Shown here: positions 1 to 11,793 of the stretch, piece after piece
Layout: each line of letters begins with the position of its first letter
Position numbering within the stretch: position 1 is the first letter of the stretch
DNA from: Ministeria vibrans ATCC 50519
Lineage: Eukaryota > Protista > Filasterea
Length of the DNA stretch: 35,045 nt
Reading direction: 5' to 3'
Assembly: GCA_943704425.1 (NCBI GenBank)
Contig: CALSCP010001105.1
Span: 1 to 35,045 of the forward strand
Position numbers and translations under genes: made by a program
Notes under the pieces: model-generated
The model's database searches: none
Seen by the model: the letters and a program-made list of their open reading frames with translations, nothing else
What the model was told of the DNA's origin: nothing

Positions 1-120
<120 letters not shown>

Positions 121-129
121 TCATCCTAG

Positions 130-328
130 GAGTAGCAGCAAATACGACATCATCCCAGAGGCAATTGTGCCGTCGCACCCGCCTCTAGGACAGACGCTGG
201 TGGGAATGGCACTGAGTGGCAGTGGCGGGGAAGTGGGCGTTGCGGTGCGTCTTGCACTCCTCTACAGTGACCATACTGTGTTTGAGTATGTCCTAGTTGA
301 CTCTGATGATGGTCTAATGTTGCTCTAA
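130..328 (+). CDS. Terminal exon of a gene starting upstream of the window (possibly a beta-propeller blade)
   Basis: After the acceptor AG (128-129) an open frame reads SSSKYDIIPEAIVPSHPPLGQTLVGMALSGSGGEVGVAVRLALLYSDHTVFEYVLVDSDDGLMLL* (TAA 326-328), followed by AT-rich sequence. It has no start codon, so it is absent from the ORF track. Confidence 0.6.
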
Positions 329-376
329 ATTCTAAATGTTATTATAGTACAAAATATAAGAAAGATATTGCTGTTG

Positions 377-377
<1 letters not shown>

Positions 378-426
<49 letters not shown>
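378..426 (+). repeat. (ATA)n microsatellite between convergent 3' ends
   Basis: Direct reading. Confidence 0.95.
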
Positions 427-428
<2 letters not shown>

Positions 429-439
429 TGATTGTACTA

Positions 440-2276
440 TTACGTCTCGCTCTCCTGTTCCTCATCACTGTCACTTAGAGTGCTGTGACGTGCCAGCAAA
501 CCCATTTCAATCTGTTCTTCCTCTAAGTTCCCTTCTCCTGAGACTTCCTCGCCATTGTCCCCCTCCAGTTGCACCCGCGTTGCCTCCATCATCTCCGCAG
601 TGAGGTTCACCGGCGCAAACGTGCTCTGCAGACACGCAATAGCACACCCAATGGCGTAAACAACTGCGCCAATGTAGAACACGGCCGTTGCCTTGACGTT
701 GTTCTGTGCTAGAAGCCATGCAATCATCGGACCCATTGCCGATCCTACATGATATAGTGCGCCGTGCATCATTCAACATAAGTATATAACTATACAACTA
801 TAATCATTGTGATATTGACGTACCAAGGTCCATAAAGGTGAAATAGGCACCTGACGACTCGGAGACATGCGCGAGATTGATTGCAGAGAGACCCTACCAT
901 AAAAATAATAGCGCACACAAAAATGGGTCAGTCAGACCACAACAACAACACAAAAGAAAAGAAAATTATAAATAAAAAAACACACACACGCGCGTGAGCA
1001 AACAATGAGTGAATGGTCTTACGGTTGAGGCAAAGAAAACAAGGATAGCAACGGGAAGGAACCAGGCAGCGGCAAGGAGACAGGAGGCGCCGAGGGCCAG
1101 GTAGGCAATGGCGGCGCGCTGGTGGCCCACCCGGTCCGCCACGTAGCCCAGCAGTGCACCCGCACACACCTCAACACCCCAACGGGCCGCAAGAAAAAGC
1201 CCTGAGAGAGTTGTGACGGGAATACCGTGAAAGGAGTCGCCAACTTGTTCGCGTAGAATGAGTCCGACGCTCGCCATGATCATGCCCGGACCCACGATGC
1301 CCACGGCCATGCCGAGGTACAGCACGCCCCAGTACGCCTTGATGGAGCGCAACAGGGGCGGCACGGGCTTGCGCACACGATTCTGGAATGCCGCCGAACG
1401 GCGCATGCGCACCGCCGCGTACATCATCATTGGAATGGAGAAGGCACTCATCACACTCAGCGTCAGCTCGCACATGTGGTAGCCTATCGCATCGAATCTG
1501 TTCAAGAACAACAACAGCAAAACAAAACGTCATAATTAATAATAATGTTAGTGACACTTTCGCGCTGTGTGCTCCCTATCCTCTTACAAGATGCCGCCGA
1601 GAAGATTCCCCCCAAAAAACCCAATTCGCGTGAGAGAGTCTCGCGTGCCCATTGAGCGCCCAAACTCGGCCGGCTTTGAAAACATCACGACGGCATCGAC
1701 GGAGCAGCAGCGAATCACACTCCATGCCATGCCCCATAAGAGACGCAGTATCAAGAAGACGGCAAAGGGCGGGGGGAGGATGTACAGGAAGTTGACGGCG
1801 ACACTCACAAGCACACAGAGCACCATGAGCTGCGTCGGCTTCCACTGGTACGCCTTCTGGAGGCTGTGGTTGGTCGCCAGGCGCACCCAGCGGTTCGCCG
1901 AGAGAATCACACCCACCTGCCATGCCTGCAGCCCAATTGACTGGTAGTTGGCGGGGATGGTCGAGTAGAGAGAGCCGTCGACGAGCAGTGCGATCGACGC
2001 CGCGAGCGAAACGAGCACGACGACCAACGACGGCCGCCAGCACTTCTTCTTCGCATCGCTACCCTCGCCGTCGTCTGCAATGCTGTTGCCATTGCTGCAC
2101 TCGCTGTCGCCGTCGTCCCCGTTGCCCGTGTCTCCTTCTGTAGCATCCGTTATCTCATCCACGCGATTTGAGATGGCTTGACTTGTGGGCATCGACTCGT
2201 CCACATCGATATCTTCCTCGTCATCAGAGCATCCCAGAGCCGAGAATCCGGCGTTTTTTCGTAATCTGGTGGTCAT
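440..2276 (-). CDS. Major facilitator superfamily transporter, 4 exons
   Basis: Exons 2276-1588, 1497-1023, 893-824 and 744-440 splice in frame with GT-AG. Multiple hydrophobic helices; motif-A-like GYVADRVGHQR; QVGVILSANRWVRL; MDLGSAMGP. Acidic N- and C-terminal tails. Confidence 0.85.
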
Positions 2277-3364
2277 AGTGATGACAGATAAAATATGAAG
2301 AATTTCACATGTAATTCGGATGATAACAATTTCACGACACTTATTCCAGGAAAGTATCAGCCTCTAGCAATAACGATTAACAGCATTACTCAGCACTCAT
2401 GAAGAGATCAGAAACAGAAGACCGTCCGCACACTGATCAACCAATTTTTCTCACGAGTCGAATTTTTTTCATTCTCTCGACCTCTAATAGTGTGAACTGT
2501 CGTTTGTTTTGAGTCAGAGAAGCGAATTTTGACATTGCGCGAATATTGTTGCTCCTGTAAGGCTAATGGACTAATGTCTAATGGCCATTGACCAATGGGT
2601 TCATGGGGAAATCCTAGAGGTAAGCGCATGACTCGGGCGGCAGTTGGATAACAGGGGAATTTTGGATGACTTCGGGATGACAAACAACCCTTAAAACGTC
2701 GACCGAAGAGCTGATTATGTAATTACTCACTCTCACTCTTTTACTTTTCTTCAGTTTGCTGCCGGTGAAAGAACACCACTTACACCAGTCAATTGTGCAC
2801 GTTATCCAGCTGCAAATAGACCTAGAAGGTGCGTTGTTTTCTGCGATGTTAGTGAGTGTGTCCTTTGCAGCTGACTCCTCGCCCTACGCCCCGCTCGCCT
2901 TCTTTTCTTCATGTTTCTCCACCTTAATTGGTGCTTTGAACTTGTTTATTTATCCCTCGTCAACACCGTGTGGCATGAGTATTAGCACATGACTTTGGAA
3001 GTCGAGTCGGAAAAATTGTTCACATTTTGGTTATTGTGCTTAAGCGCCGCAATGGTGCACCGGGGGATTAGGGTCTGCCTGTGCCCCCGTACATTCTTCT
3101 CATGGGTTTGCTCAGTATCAGTGGGTCTACGGGCTTCTTTTGAGACATTCTCGTCTGAAAGTCTACGGCGGAAGTATTGTGCTCTTTCCATGTTTTGACA
3201 ATCTCGATTCTCTAATATGTAATGGGCTGTATTATTTTAGTTATTATCATTTTTATTTCTCTATCAATCTCGCTCTCTCTCTCTCTATCGCTTTGTTTCT
3301 TTTCCTTCCTCTCTCTCTCTCTCTCTCTCTCTTTATCTGTTATCACTTTGTTTCTTTTTCCCTC

Positions 3365-3397
<33 letters not shown>

Positions 3398-3424
3398 GCA
3401 TGCAGATACAACAGCTTTCACCTT

Positions 3425-5776
3425 ATGGCCATCCCAATCACCAGTGTCTTGTTCTCCCTCTCGATGAACACAGAGACGCTCCTTGCTCTCGTGCTGTTGG
3501 TGTTAGCCACTCTGTTTGCGTTTCATTTTGCGCGTCGAAAGCCGCTGCCGCGTACCCGCTCAACGTCTGCGTCACTGCCTGACGAGTTTGCGAATGATCT
3601 GGAGGAATTCAAGGTCCATCTGGGTCTATGCGACAAGGGATACACATGGCCGTGTTCCAATGAGCGCCCGGGGGACACCGTCCCTTTTGAGGGGCGCAAG
3701 TATAAGTTGGAGAGCAAGGTGGCCGCAGGTAGTGTGTGGTGTTGGCGTCTCGTCTCCACTGCCGCAGACGACGTCGACCCTCCAACAACCTATGTGTTTG
3801 TCATTCGCGGTTCGCAAACCCTCCAGGATTGGTTTATTCATGATGTCAAGCTTGCCATCGAGTCAAGTGGCAATACAAACGAGTGCTTCAGCTTCCAGCA
3901 TGCTGTTGAGGAGCGTCTTGGACAGGTTGCCCTCATCGCAGACAGCATTGCCGAACAAATGCCCCCTGAATGCTGCCCAAACATCATCCTTACTGGTCAC
4001 TCTCTTGGTGCGTCCATCGCCGAGGCCCTGTTTGTAAGCTGCAAGTGGCTGAAAAAGCACCCTGACAAGCGCACGAACGGCCTGGATTTTGTTGATCACT
4101 TCTGCTTCCAACGGTGCATTACGTTTGACTCTCCCGGCCAGCCTACATCTTACCGCAAAAAGTATATGCATGGCGACTGTGTTGGTTCCATCGACGACAT
4201 TATGACGCTAAATGCCGTCAGCAACCTCGTGAATACGCTGAATCAGCCTTGTGCCAAAACGTTTTATGCCTGCGACAAAGGCAACAGCACCCACTTGTCC
4301 GATTTCGTCTCCTCGGTCTTGCACATATTGAATCTACCTATTCTTCTATACAGTAACTACGTGGCACAAATGATATCTTGCAATACCAGCACGCATTTGG
4401 TGTCCAGTCTGAAGGCCAATCTGGACGACAAAAATATTACTAAATTTCTCCCTGCCAGTTGGCCGACCTCCTCCCAAACCGTCTTGAAATGTATCAAGTG
4501 GACAGTGAACGTTGGGAGCCTCTTGTCTTTTTCTACTACACGCCCGCCCGCTGTTCCTACAGTCCTCCCTGCAACTCTGCCCACCAGTCCTCGTCGCCAA
4601 CCGACGAACCCTGCTCCGGAGACTGGCGTTGGCCATCAGAATTCACCACCTCCCCCTGAGTATTTGATTCCCGTTGATGGAGAGCTTCAGGAGCATCGAG
4701 TGTACTGTACCGACGCCATTACTGCTCCCAACACCGATTGGCGCCAGCAGCTGCAGCGTGTGCTGGCTAACTATGAGGGGACGGAACCTGGTACACCACA
4801 CGCAATTGTGCTGCTGCTGGTGGGCACGAGTGGTGCTGGTAAAACCCTCCTGTTCCTGTCTTTGGTCGAGTATTTTGCGACCAAGGCGTCCAAGAGCTGC
4901 GCCGAGGCAATTTCGATGCTGTTTGGTCAAACGGGCACTTCCACCAACAACAGCCAGAGTTTTATTGTTGCAAACCTAATGCGTCACCAGTCTGAGAACG
5001 GAGAGCAGTACCATGTCATTTTGATTGATTGTCCAGGGTTTGGCGCACAGCGTGATCTGATTCGTGCGTCTGTGTCAAGCAGCTCCAGATCTGAGGGAAA
5101 TCGAAACCTGGACTGGTTGACTGATTTTGAGGGTGTTCTTAGAGCGTTTCCCACTGGCATCAGTGCCGTGTTCCCTGTCGTTCAGGGTGCGATTTTAGAT
5201 GATATGATGGTTCAAACACACCGGCTGCTGCAGTTGCTGTCTAGAGACCAGGCGACGAGTGCGCTGGAGCGAGTCAATATTGTGCTCAGTACCAGGCAGC
5301 AAGCACCACGCGATCGTGAGCAGGAGCGACAAAACCTCAAGGAGCGCTTGATGAATCAGTTTGACCGTGGAATTATGAACGTCACGCTTGTGCGACCGGC
5401 CTCCAAAGGACTTCGTGATCTTTTACCCTCCACGTGGGAAAACGAGCATTATATCACTGAAATGACCACGCTCATTGAGAGCATGGTCAGGCAGAGCGCG
5501 CCGGAGCTTGCAGAGAGAGCCAATCTTGAGGTCAGTACACCCGTCACGCGCAGCCCTATTGTTCAAATTACCGCCATGGCTAGCTACGTAATATTCAGCT
5601 CTGTTGCTGGCGCTGGCACGTGGAGCTGGCTACTCGGAGGTTTTATTCCTGCTCTGTCGTCTCCTGTACTTATTGTCATGGCGCCTCCTGCCGCAGTCGC
5701 CGCGGGTGTTGCTTGTGGTACTGCTCTTTATTTTGAAAAGCGATCGAAGGAAAGGGATCCTTCCGCTTCTGCCTGA
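3425..5776 (+). CDS. Membrane-anchored class-3 lipase fused to a P-loop GTPase (AIG1/GIMAP/septin-like), with a C-terminal hydrophobic segment
   Basis: Uninterrupted ORF. N-terminal TM (LLALVLLVLATLFAFHF); lipase motifs IRGS..DW, GHSLG (3995-4009) and TFDSPG; Pro-rich linker; G1 GTSGAGKT (4823-4846) and G3 DCPG (5027-5038); hydrophobic C-terminus. Start at 3425 or 3464. The upstream part of ORF 3140 is a TC-repeat intron ending TGCAG at 3405. Confidence 0.8.
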   Translation: MAIPITSVLFSLSMNTETLLALVLLVLATLFAFHFARRKPLPRTRSTSASLPDEFANDLEEFKVHLGLCDKGYTWPCSNERPGDTVPFEGRKYKLESKVAAGSVWCWRLVSTAADDVDPPTTYVFVIRGSQTLQDWFIHDVKLAIESSGNTNECFSFQHAVEERLGQVALIADSIAEQMPPECCPNIILTGHSLGASIAEALFVSCKWLKKHPDKRTNGLDFVDHFCFQRCITFDSPGQPTSYRKKYMHGDCVGSIDDIMTLNAVSNLVNTLNQPCAKTFYACDKGNSTHLSDFVSSVLHILNLPILLYSNYVAQMISCNTSTHLVSSLKANLDDKNITKFLPASWPTSSQTVLKCIKWTVNVGSLLSFSTTRPPAVPTVLPATLPTSPRRQPTNPAPETGVGHQNSPPPPEYLIPVDGELQEHRVYCTDAITAPNTDWRQQLQRVLANYEGTEPGTPHAIVLLLVGTSGAGKTLLFLSLVEYFATKASKSCAEAISMLFGQTGTSTNNSQSFIVANLMRHQSENGEQYHVILIDCPGFGAQRDLIRASVSSSSRSEGNRNLDWLTDFEGVLRAFPTGISAVFPVVQGAILDDMMVQTHRLLQLLSRDQATSALERVNIVLSTRQQAPRDREQERQNLKERLMNQFDRGIMNVTLVRPASKGLRDLLPSTWENEHYITEMTTLIESMVRQSAPELAERANLEVSTPVTRSPIVQITAMASYVIFSSVAGAGTWSWLLGGFIPALSSPVLIVMAPPAAVAAGVACGTALYFEKRSKERDPSASA

Positions 5777-5935
5777 GACGGATGATCTTGACTACGTGAC
5801 ACGTGTTTTCGAGTCCCAGACTCATTTTCTCAACCACATCTTTAGCAAAAACAGAAATAAAATATTATTATCTTACAACAGATTAATCCCCCCCCCTAAT
5901 TCTACATTCTCCCTAGCCCTCCCTTTCCTTCCTTC

Positions 5936-7597
5936 TTACACCGACGGAAGAAGCCCCCAGTCAACGAGCAAGGCCCGATCCCTTGCAACGACATGAGGGA
6001 ACGTCCCCATCGCGTCGCACTCGACGGGCGCATGGTGGTTTGCAAAAATACTCGGCAAGTGCACCATGGCAAAGAACTGAGACAGACGCTGCGAGTGCGT
6101 GTTAAAGCCCAAGCGCCGGTCCATGTTGGCCTGAATGGGATCTTCGGTGAATACGTCGTGAACCGTAAGGCGTCCCTTGACCTCCTTAAGACGACCAAAG
6201 CTGCAAATGTACTTTCGACGTACTAATATGAAAGGATGTCGCAATGAGAAGATACGTAAATAAACAAATTAACAATCAAAAGTTGCCTACCCGAGTAACC
6301 TCTTTTACAACTTCGATTGCATCGCTCGATGGGAATGTGGTAAGAATCAAAGGGCGAACAGGCCGGCCCTCCGTTGAGCAGTCCTTGGTGTGCGTCAAAA
6401 AGGAAGTTTATGAGCATCGAATCGTTGGCCAGCGAGCGCTCCATGAGGTCGCGCAGGGGCGGTGCGTCGGGCACGCGCGGCACAATGTACTCATCGACAT
6501 CCCAGTTGCCGAGGAATGTCGCGCGGTGGGCAAACCGATTGGCGCACATGTCAAGGCCGATGCGCTGGTGAGACTTGCGGTCTTCAAAGGCACGGTTGAG
6601 CCCTTGCAATGGCACCACAACAAATTTGCCTTCCGTTTGCAGACGCTCCACCGTTGCCGTGTACGCTTCACGACGGCTGCCCTCAATTGTTGCAATCGCG
6701 CGGATCATTCCCAGGTCCGGCACCACAATCTTGTCAAACCCAAGGTTATAGACTGTGGCGGCCCACGCAAAGAAGTTGAGGAGCGCCGGCACTCCTGCGC
6801 GATAGTCAGCGGCACGCTGGGTGGACGTGCACAGGACCATCTGATTGTCGCTCTGGTCCACAAGACACGGCTGGTGAAAGGGACCAATGAGATCCGACGA
6901 CGGAGCAGACGTGTTGGTGGGCGGCAACGTGAGCTGGATATGAACCGTGTGCTCCATGGCGCCGTCGGCAAGCGTCTGGCGCATGCGCTGCGAATAGGCA
7001 CAGAGCAGCGGAGTCGTCTGCGACTGCGTTGACCAGAAGCGTGCGGGCACACGCTCATGCACACCCGTCTTGTCTCCAAACACACACTCGACGCTGCCGC
7101 TCGTCAGCAAGTCCCTGATTGAAGGCAGCTGTTCGACGGCGTCTCTGTCAAGCTTCTTCTTCGACTCCGGTGAAAGCTATTCGAGAAAAGGAGAAAATTA
7201 ATAGGTTATTTCTCTTGTCGGTGATTCAGATTTGTACCAGAATGGAATCAGGATCCGTGACGACCAGTGCAACAAACTCGATGATCGAATCCTCCCTCTC
7301 TCGAGCGAAGCTGTCGACAACGATGAAAAGTCGTTCGCGACTGATTTTGACGGTCATGTTAAATTCAAGATTCATCGTCGAATTGCACGCGAATGGCGGC
7401 ATATCATCGACTGCGTCGTCTGGTGCGGATGTACCACGAGGTTTTGCTCCATCTCCCGGCGGCTGCGACGCCACAGTGTAGAGATTGAGACTTCGATTTA
7501 AGAAACGGTCACCGGATCTCAAGACCAAAACTCCCGAGCTGAAGATGAGAAAGGTCAAGAATGTAGCCCAGATGGCAAAGCAAGCGTTGCTCCTCAT
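5936..7597 (-). CDS. Type II membrane glycosyltransferase, GT92/DUF23-like (GT-A fold), 3 exons
   Basis: Exons 7597-7238, 7176-6291 and 6222-5936 in frame. N-terminal signal anchor; Q...MC, then FLGNWDVDEYIVP (DxDE); later KYI, VH and MVHL motifs. Confidence 0.7.
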
Positions 7598-7939
7598 GCA
7601 AACTGATGGGCGAGGAGAGTCGCTAATAGTAAATTTTAGTCTGTTTACTCTGTTAACTGATTCAGTGGACTGTACTTTGAGTTGACCGACCGAGAATTTC
7701 TCATTCTGGCAGAGCCTCAGATCCCTCCGGTATATGGCGTATCCTGGTGCCTATCACGTCGCTTTCCACTTGACACTTGTCTGGTCAAAGTGGCCATCAG
7801 CCAGTATTCAGCCAACCTATCTCGATGTGATCTCGATTATACGCTCTGCCTTTCTTTTTCACCAATGATCAAAAGCTGATATTTTTTTAAATTTTCTTAT
7901 TCATTGAAATTATTAGTAATCATTTCCCCCAATGAATCG

Positions 7940-10121
7940 ATGAGGCGAACCAAGAGCGTCATTTTATTGATTGCGCTCCTTCTGGTTGCGAGCCTGGTGC
8001 TTTTTTCAGGAGACAAGTAAGAGAAATCATGTGAAAATAACGATCACTCATGTCACTCGTTCCTTTCCTCTCCTTCAGCCCCGATCGGTCGCAGATATCA
8101 AACCCTAGGTAGCACATAGTGTGTGTGTGTGTGTGTGTATGTGTGTATTGAAACGCTGCTGCTTGCTTGCGTTAGAGACACCGCAGAAGCTTTGGCGAAA
8201 ACGTATCGGGAACACAATGATGAAAACGATCGTGATGACATTGACAGCGACGACGATGACGACAGCGACAGTGTGCCGAGCCTTGAGGTGGGTCGTCCAA
8301 ACTGCCCCTACTTGTCAGAGCTGCCCTTCCGGCGAGGCCTTGAACCGCCACCGAACGTGAGACTCCAACGACACGCACTGTGTCCCTATGACTATGAGGT
8401 TCCCCGACCTGCCGCCATGTACATGCTCAACCCACATCTCACTGTCGCACCCGACGCCGATGATCACTTACTAGTCTTTTGGCGTGCGGCCCAGCCTCAG
8501 CCGAAGATTTGGCCCAATGACTTTGCTGTGGGACTCCTTAACCGTGCAACGGGTGAGACGGTGCCGCACAATCTCCCACTCGACATTGCCGGTTACCACC
8601 AACCCGTCTTGTCCAACACCACCGGCTTTGAACAGTCCATCTACGAGACGGAACTTCAACGCACAAAGTTCATCTTTGTCCAGTCCATCAAATGCCTCAA
8701 AGTGAGTGATCGTTTTTTTTTATGCACTAAATTGGAATATTGTTAATATTTATAATTACATTACATTACGCTAGGTCAAAGATCTTCGCACCATGTGGTG
8801 GAAGGATCGTCTGTACATGCTGACGACGACCAACTGCGGACGAGAACGGCACCAGCTAATTCCGTTGGTCTTTGCGTTTGTGCGTGAGTCATCGACTGGC
8901 CCTATTCTGCGCTGGCGACTCTACATCGACTACAAGGCAGTGCGTTACTTTGTGCACACGCCCATGCGTGACCATGGCCCGTCGTTTTCCAATCGCATTG
9001 ATAACGGCCCATACACCAAAGGACCGCCCAAGCGCGAAAAGAACTGGGCCGTGATTCCCTACGAAGAAGGAGTCATTGCCATTCGGCACTTGTGCCCTTT
9101 CTCCCCCCTGCGCAGCGGGCACATTGGCCTGGTGGGTCCACGACGCATCATCCGACTCAACAATGTCTCGCGTCTTGCAGCCACACATAACATCAACATG
9201 GAGTATGTGCGCACAGCCCGCCCGGCCATCCCCCGCTCGCCCATTCCCGCCTCACAGGACGGTATTGAGCTATGTGTCGGCGACGCTTCCACCCCCCCTG
9301 ACAGGTCTTTGAGCAACAGCGATAATGCGACAACATTTGAGCCGTATTCAAGTCAGGTCTGGAGATCGCCCACAAGCGAACAGCAGCTTGAATTCCATCG
9401 GCCCATCGTCGCTCCGTTCGGTGTCGCGTCCGAGTCTCTCTCACAGGCAAAACGCGACGCTCTCGAGCGCCTCTGTGTGCTCGATGGTCCCTCTCGGCGT
9501 GATCCCTACCGTTTTCTCGACTTAGCATCGTGTCTGGAGCGCGATCTGTTTGGCATTGCGTGGCGCGGGGGTAGTCAGCTGCTCGAAGTGCGCGTTCCCG
9601 ATGGCGAGACAGGTCAGTATGCGCAAGAAAAACGCTTTCTGGGCACGGCACACATCAAGTCGTGGCAGAGCAACGAGACAGTTGCCTTTTACTGGCACTT
9701 TCTCTTTGTCATTGGTCTGTCGGGTCCCTCGACCAGCCCCACAGTGCGTTTGGTGATCACATCTCGTCTCTTCCGCTTCCACGCGCGATTGCTACCCCTG
9801 CGCGAATTCAACGTGGGCCTTCTGCATCTGCCTAAGGCACTGTTGTTTACCTACGGTCAGGGCGTCGCCGGCCAGCGCGCCTACACCGCCCTTATTTCCA
9901 CTCAATACGCAAGCGCCCTCGTCGACAACCTCATCGCCTTTCCTTCCCCTCCCCTCTCCCCTTCTCCGTCCTCCCCGTCCGTCCGTCATCTCGACTCCAT
10001 CCACCATTCCATCTTCACCACCCCCCTCCAGATCAGCGACGTCCTTCAGTATGTTCCCCGTGACTCCCCCTGGCTCAACTCTGGTCTTCCAAAGGCGCTC
10101 ACGAACACCACTCTTGTATAG
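7940..10121 (+). CDS. Type II membrane/secreted protein with a GT91(BMT)/GH130/GT108-like beta-propeller, 4 exons
   Basis: Exons 7940-8016, ~8079-8108, ~8176-8701 and 8775-10121 in frame. Signal anchor MRRTKSVILLIALLLVASLVLF; motifs MLNP, VKDLR (EDxR-like), REKNW, WRGGSQ and H..YWHFLF in the expected order. Confidence 0.5.
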
Positions 10122-10155
10122 CAACAAAAACAAATTAATATAGTTAATTTATATC

Positions 10156-11753
10156 TTACTGTACAAACTCCTTCAAAATCCCTTGCAAATCCACAATGCG
10201 ATTGCGTATAAGCACCAGACGCGCCTCTGTCACACTCTGACCACCACTCTCGCTGCGTTTCTCTCCCTTTTTCGCACGCGACTGGCTCACATTCGTCACA
10301 CTCGTTTGCGTTTGTCTCTTTCTCGCGTGCCCTTCACACTTTCGCGCAATGTTTTCAATGGTCGTTTCAGCACACCGTATCATTCGAATCTACAAAAAAT
10401 ATAATAATATTTTAATAATGCTAATAAGAACGATAAATAGGAATAAATGAAAAATGTTTACTCAAGGAGATGAAAATATAATGCAAGAAATTTTAATAAT
10501 AATAAAACAGAGAATAGTTTATATTTTTTAATAATAATTTTACTGCTGCTATTATTTAGTGTTTGTTTGTTTTGCTTGTTTTGTTTGTTTTTGTTTGCTT
10601 TGTTTGTTTTGGTTTGTTTTGGTTTTTGATTGTTTTTGTTTGTTTGTTTTTGTTTGTACCTTGTCCAATTCCATGAGCTGTTTGTCACTAACATTCCGCG
10701 TGAGCTCGACCACTCTAGCACGAACGGTTTCAAGTGTCTCCTGAGCGTTTTGTAGGTCACTGTGCAGTGCCAGCACGCGATTGGCACGCTTTTTTTCCAG
10801 CACAAACACACTGCGTTGGAGCGTCTGCACTTCTGCGTCGCGTCGTTGCAGTTCGGCCGTGAGATGCGACTGGGTGTCGCTAAGGGTGCGCATGCGCTGG
10901 ATCACATTGCCAATGGTTGGTTCGGGGCTGTCCAGGTAATCCCGTGGCAATGCTGACAGCACGCGCCCCAGATACCCTTCGTATTTCTATCCAACTTTTT
11001 CAGTAGAATGATTTTTTCTTTCTTTCTTTCTTCTTTTCTCCGGTTGAACACAAACAAATGCTACACACGTCACGCTTGGCTCAACTGGATAACGTATTAT
11101 TATTACCTGGAGAAGTGAAAGCGAGACACGAAGTTTTTCCGCCTTCTGTTCAAGGCGTCTCACTTGCTTATCGCAGCGCTCTTGTTCTTCGTTTGCCTGA
11201 TTGATTGCTTGCTGTTCCGCAGCCATCAGCGACTCGGCACGAGTGCGTTTCGTATTGTTTTGGTCGATAAATTTTTGAAACTTCTTCATGCGCTCCAACA
11301 CCTTCAACAACAACACAAGTCAAGCAAGTGATTAACAACATGCAAACGATTGGGGCTCCTTTTCGTTATTCTGTACCTCTCGTCGTTTGGCCTCAAGATT
11401 CTCCCATAGCCAGGCCAGCCGCAAGCGGTCTTTGCGATGCTTTTCTTTGGCAGCTTCGAGTTCGTCGCGAGGCGACTCTTCATCCGATGGCTCTTCCATC
11501 CGCAGACGCTCGTTTGGCGCTTCTTTTTGCTCACTCGGGTCCTGTGCAGAAAGACGCAGTGTATCTCCGGCTATGCAACAACACGTGTGTGACAGAGTGT
11601 GTGTGTGTGTGAGAGAGAGAGAGAGACAGAGGGCGACGGCCAACGCGAACCTTTGCTCGACAACTCGTAGTCTCTTGTCGAAGTCACAAAGAAATCTGTT
11701 TTCATCTTTGCAGACTGAGTAAACTCCGACTCTCTCCCTTGAGCCCCACTCAT
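10156..11753 (-). CDS. CFAP73: CFAP73/CCDC42-like (DUF4200) ciliary coiled-coil protein, 5 exons
   Basis: Exons ~11753-11651, 11570-11377, 11301-11107, 10986-10660 and 10389-10156. KFQKFIDQNNTKRTRA, KYEGYLGRVL..IGNVIQRMRTL and C-terminal IRNRIVDLQGILKEF are typical of the family. Confidence 0.75.
10555..10656 (+). repeat. Imperfect (TTTG)n microsatellite in a CFAP73 intron
   Basis: Direct reading. Confidence 0.9.
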
Positions 11754-11793
11754 TTCTAATCAACTAAAGAAAGGAAGGAAAAAAAAATTGTCC

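Noticed and set aside
3140-3424. N-terminal ~95 aa of the 878-aa ORF
   Set aside because: Mostly read-through of a TC-microsatellite intron (SLSLSL); not credible coding sequence.
6244-7032. 262-aa plus-strand ORF and similar antisense ORFs
   Set aside because: Shadow frames of GC-rich coding exons on the opposite strand, with no motifs.
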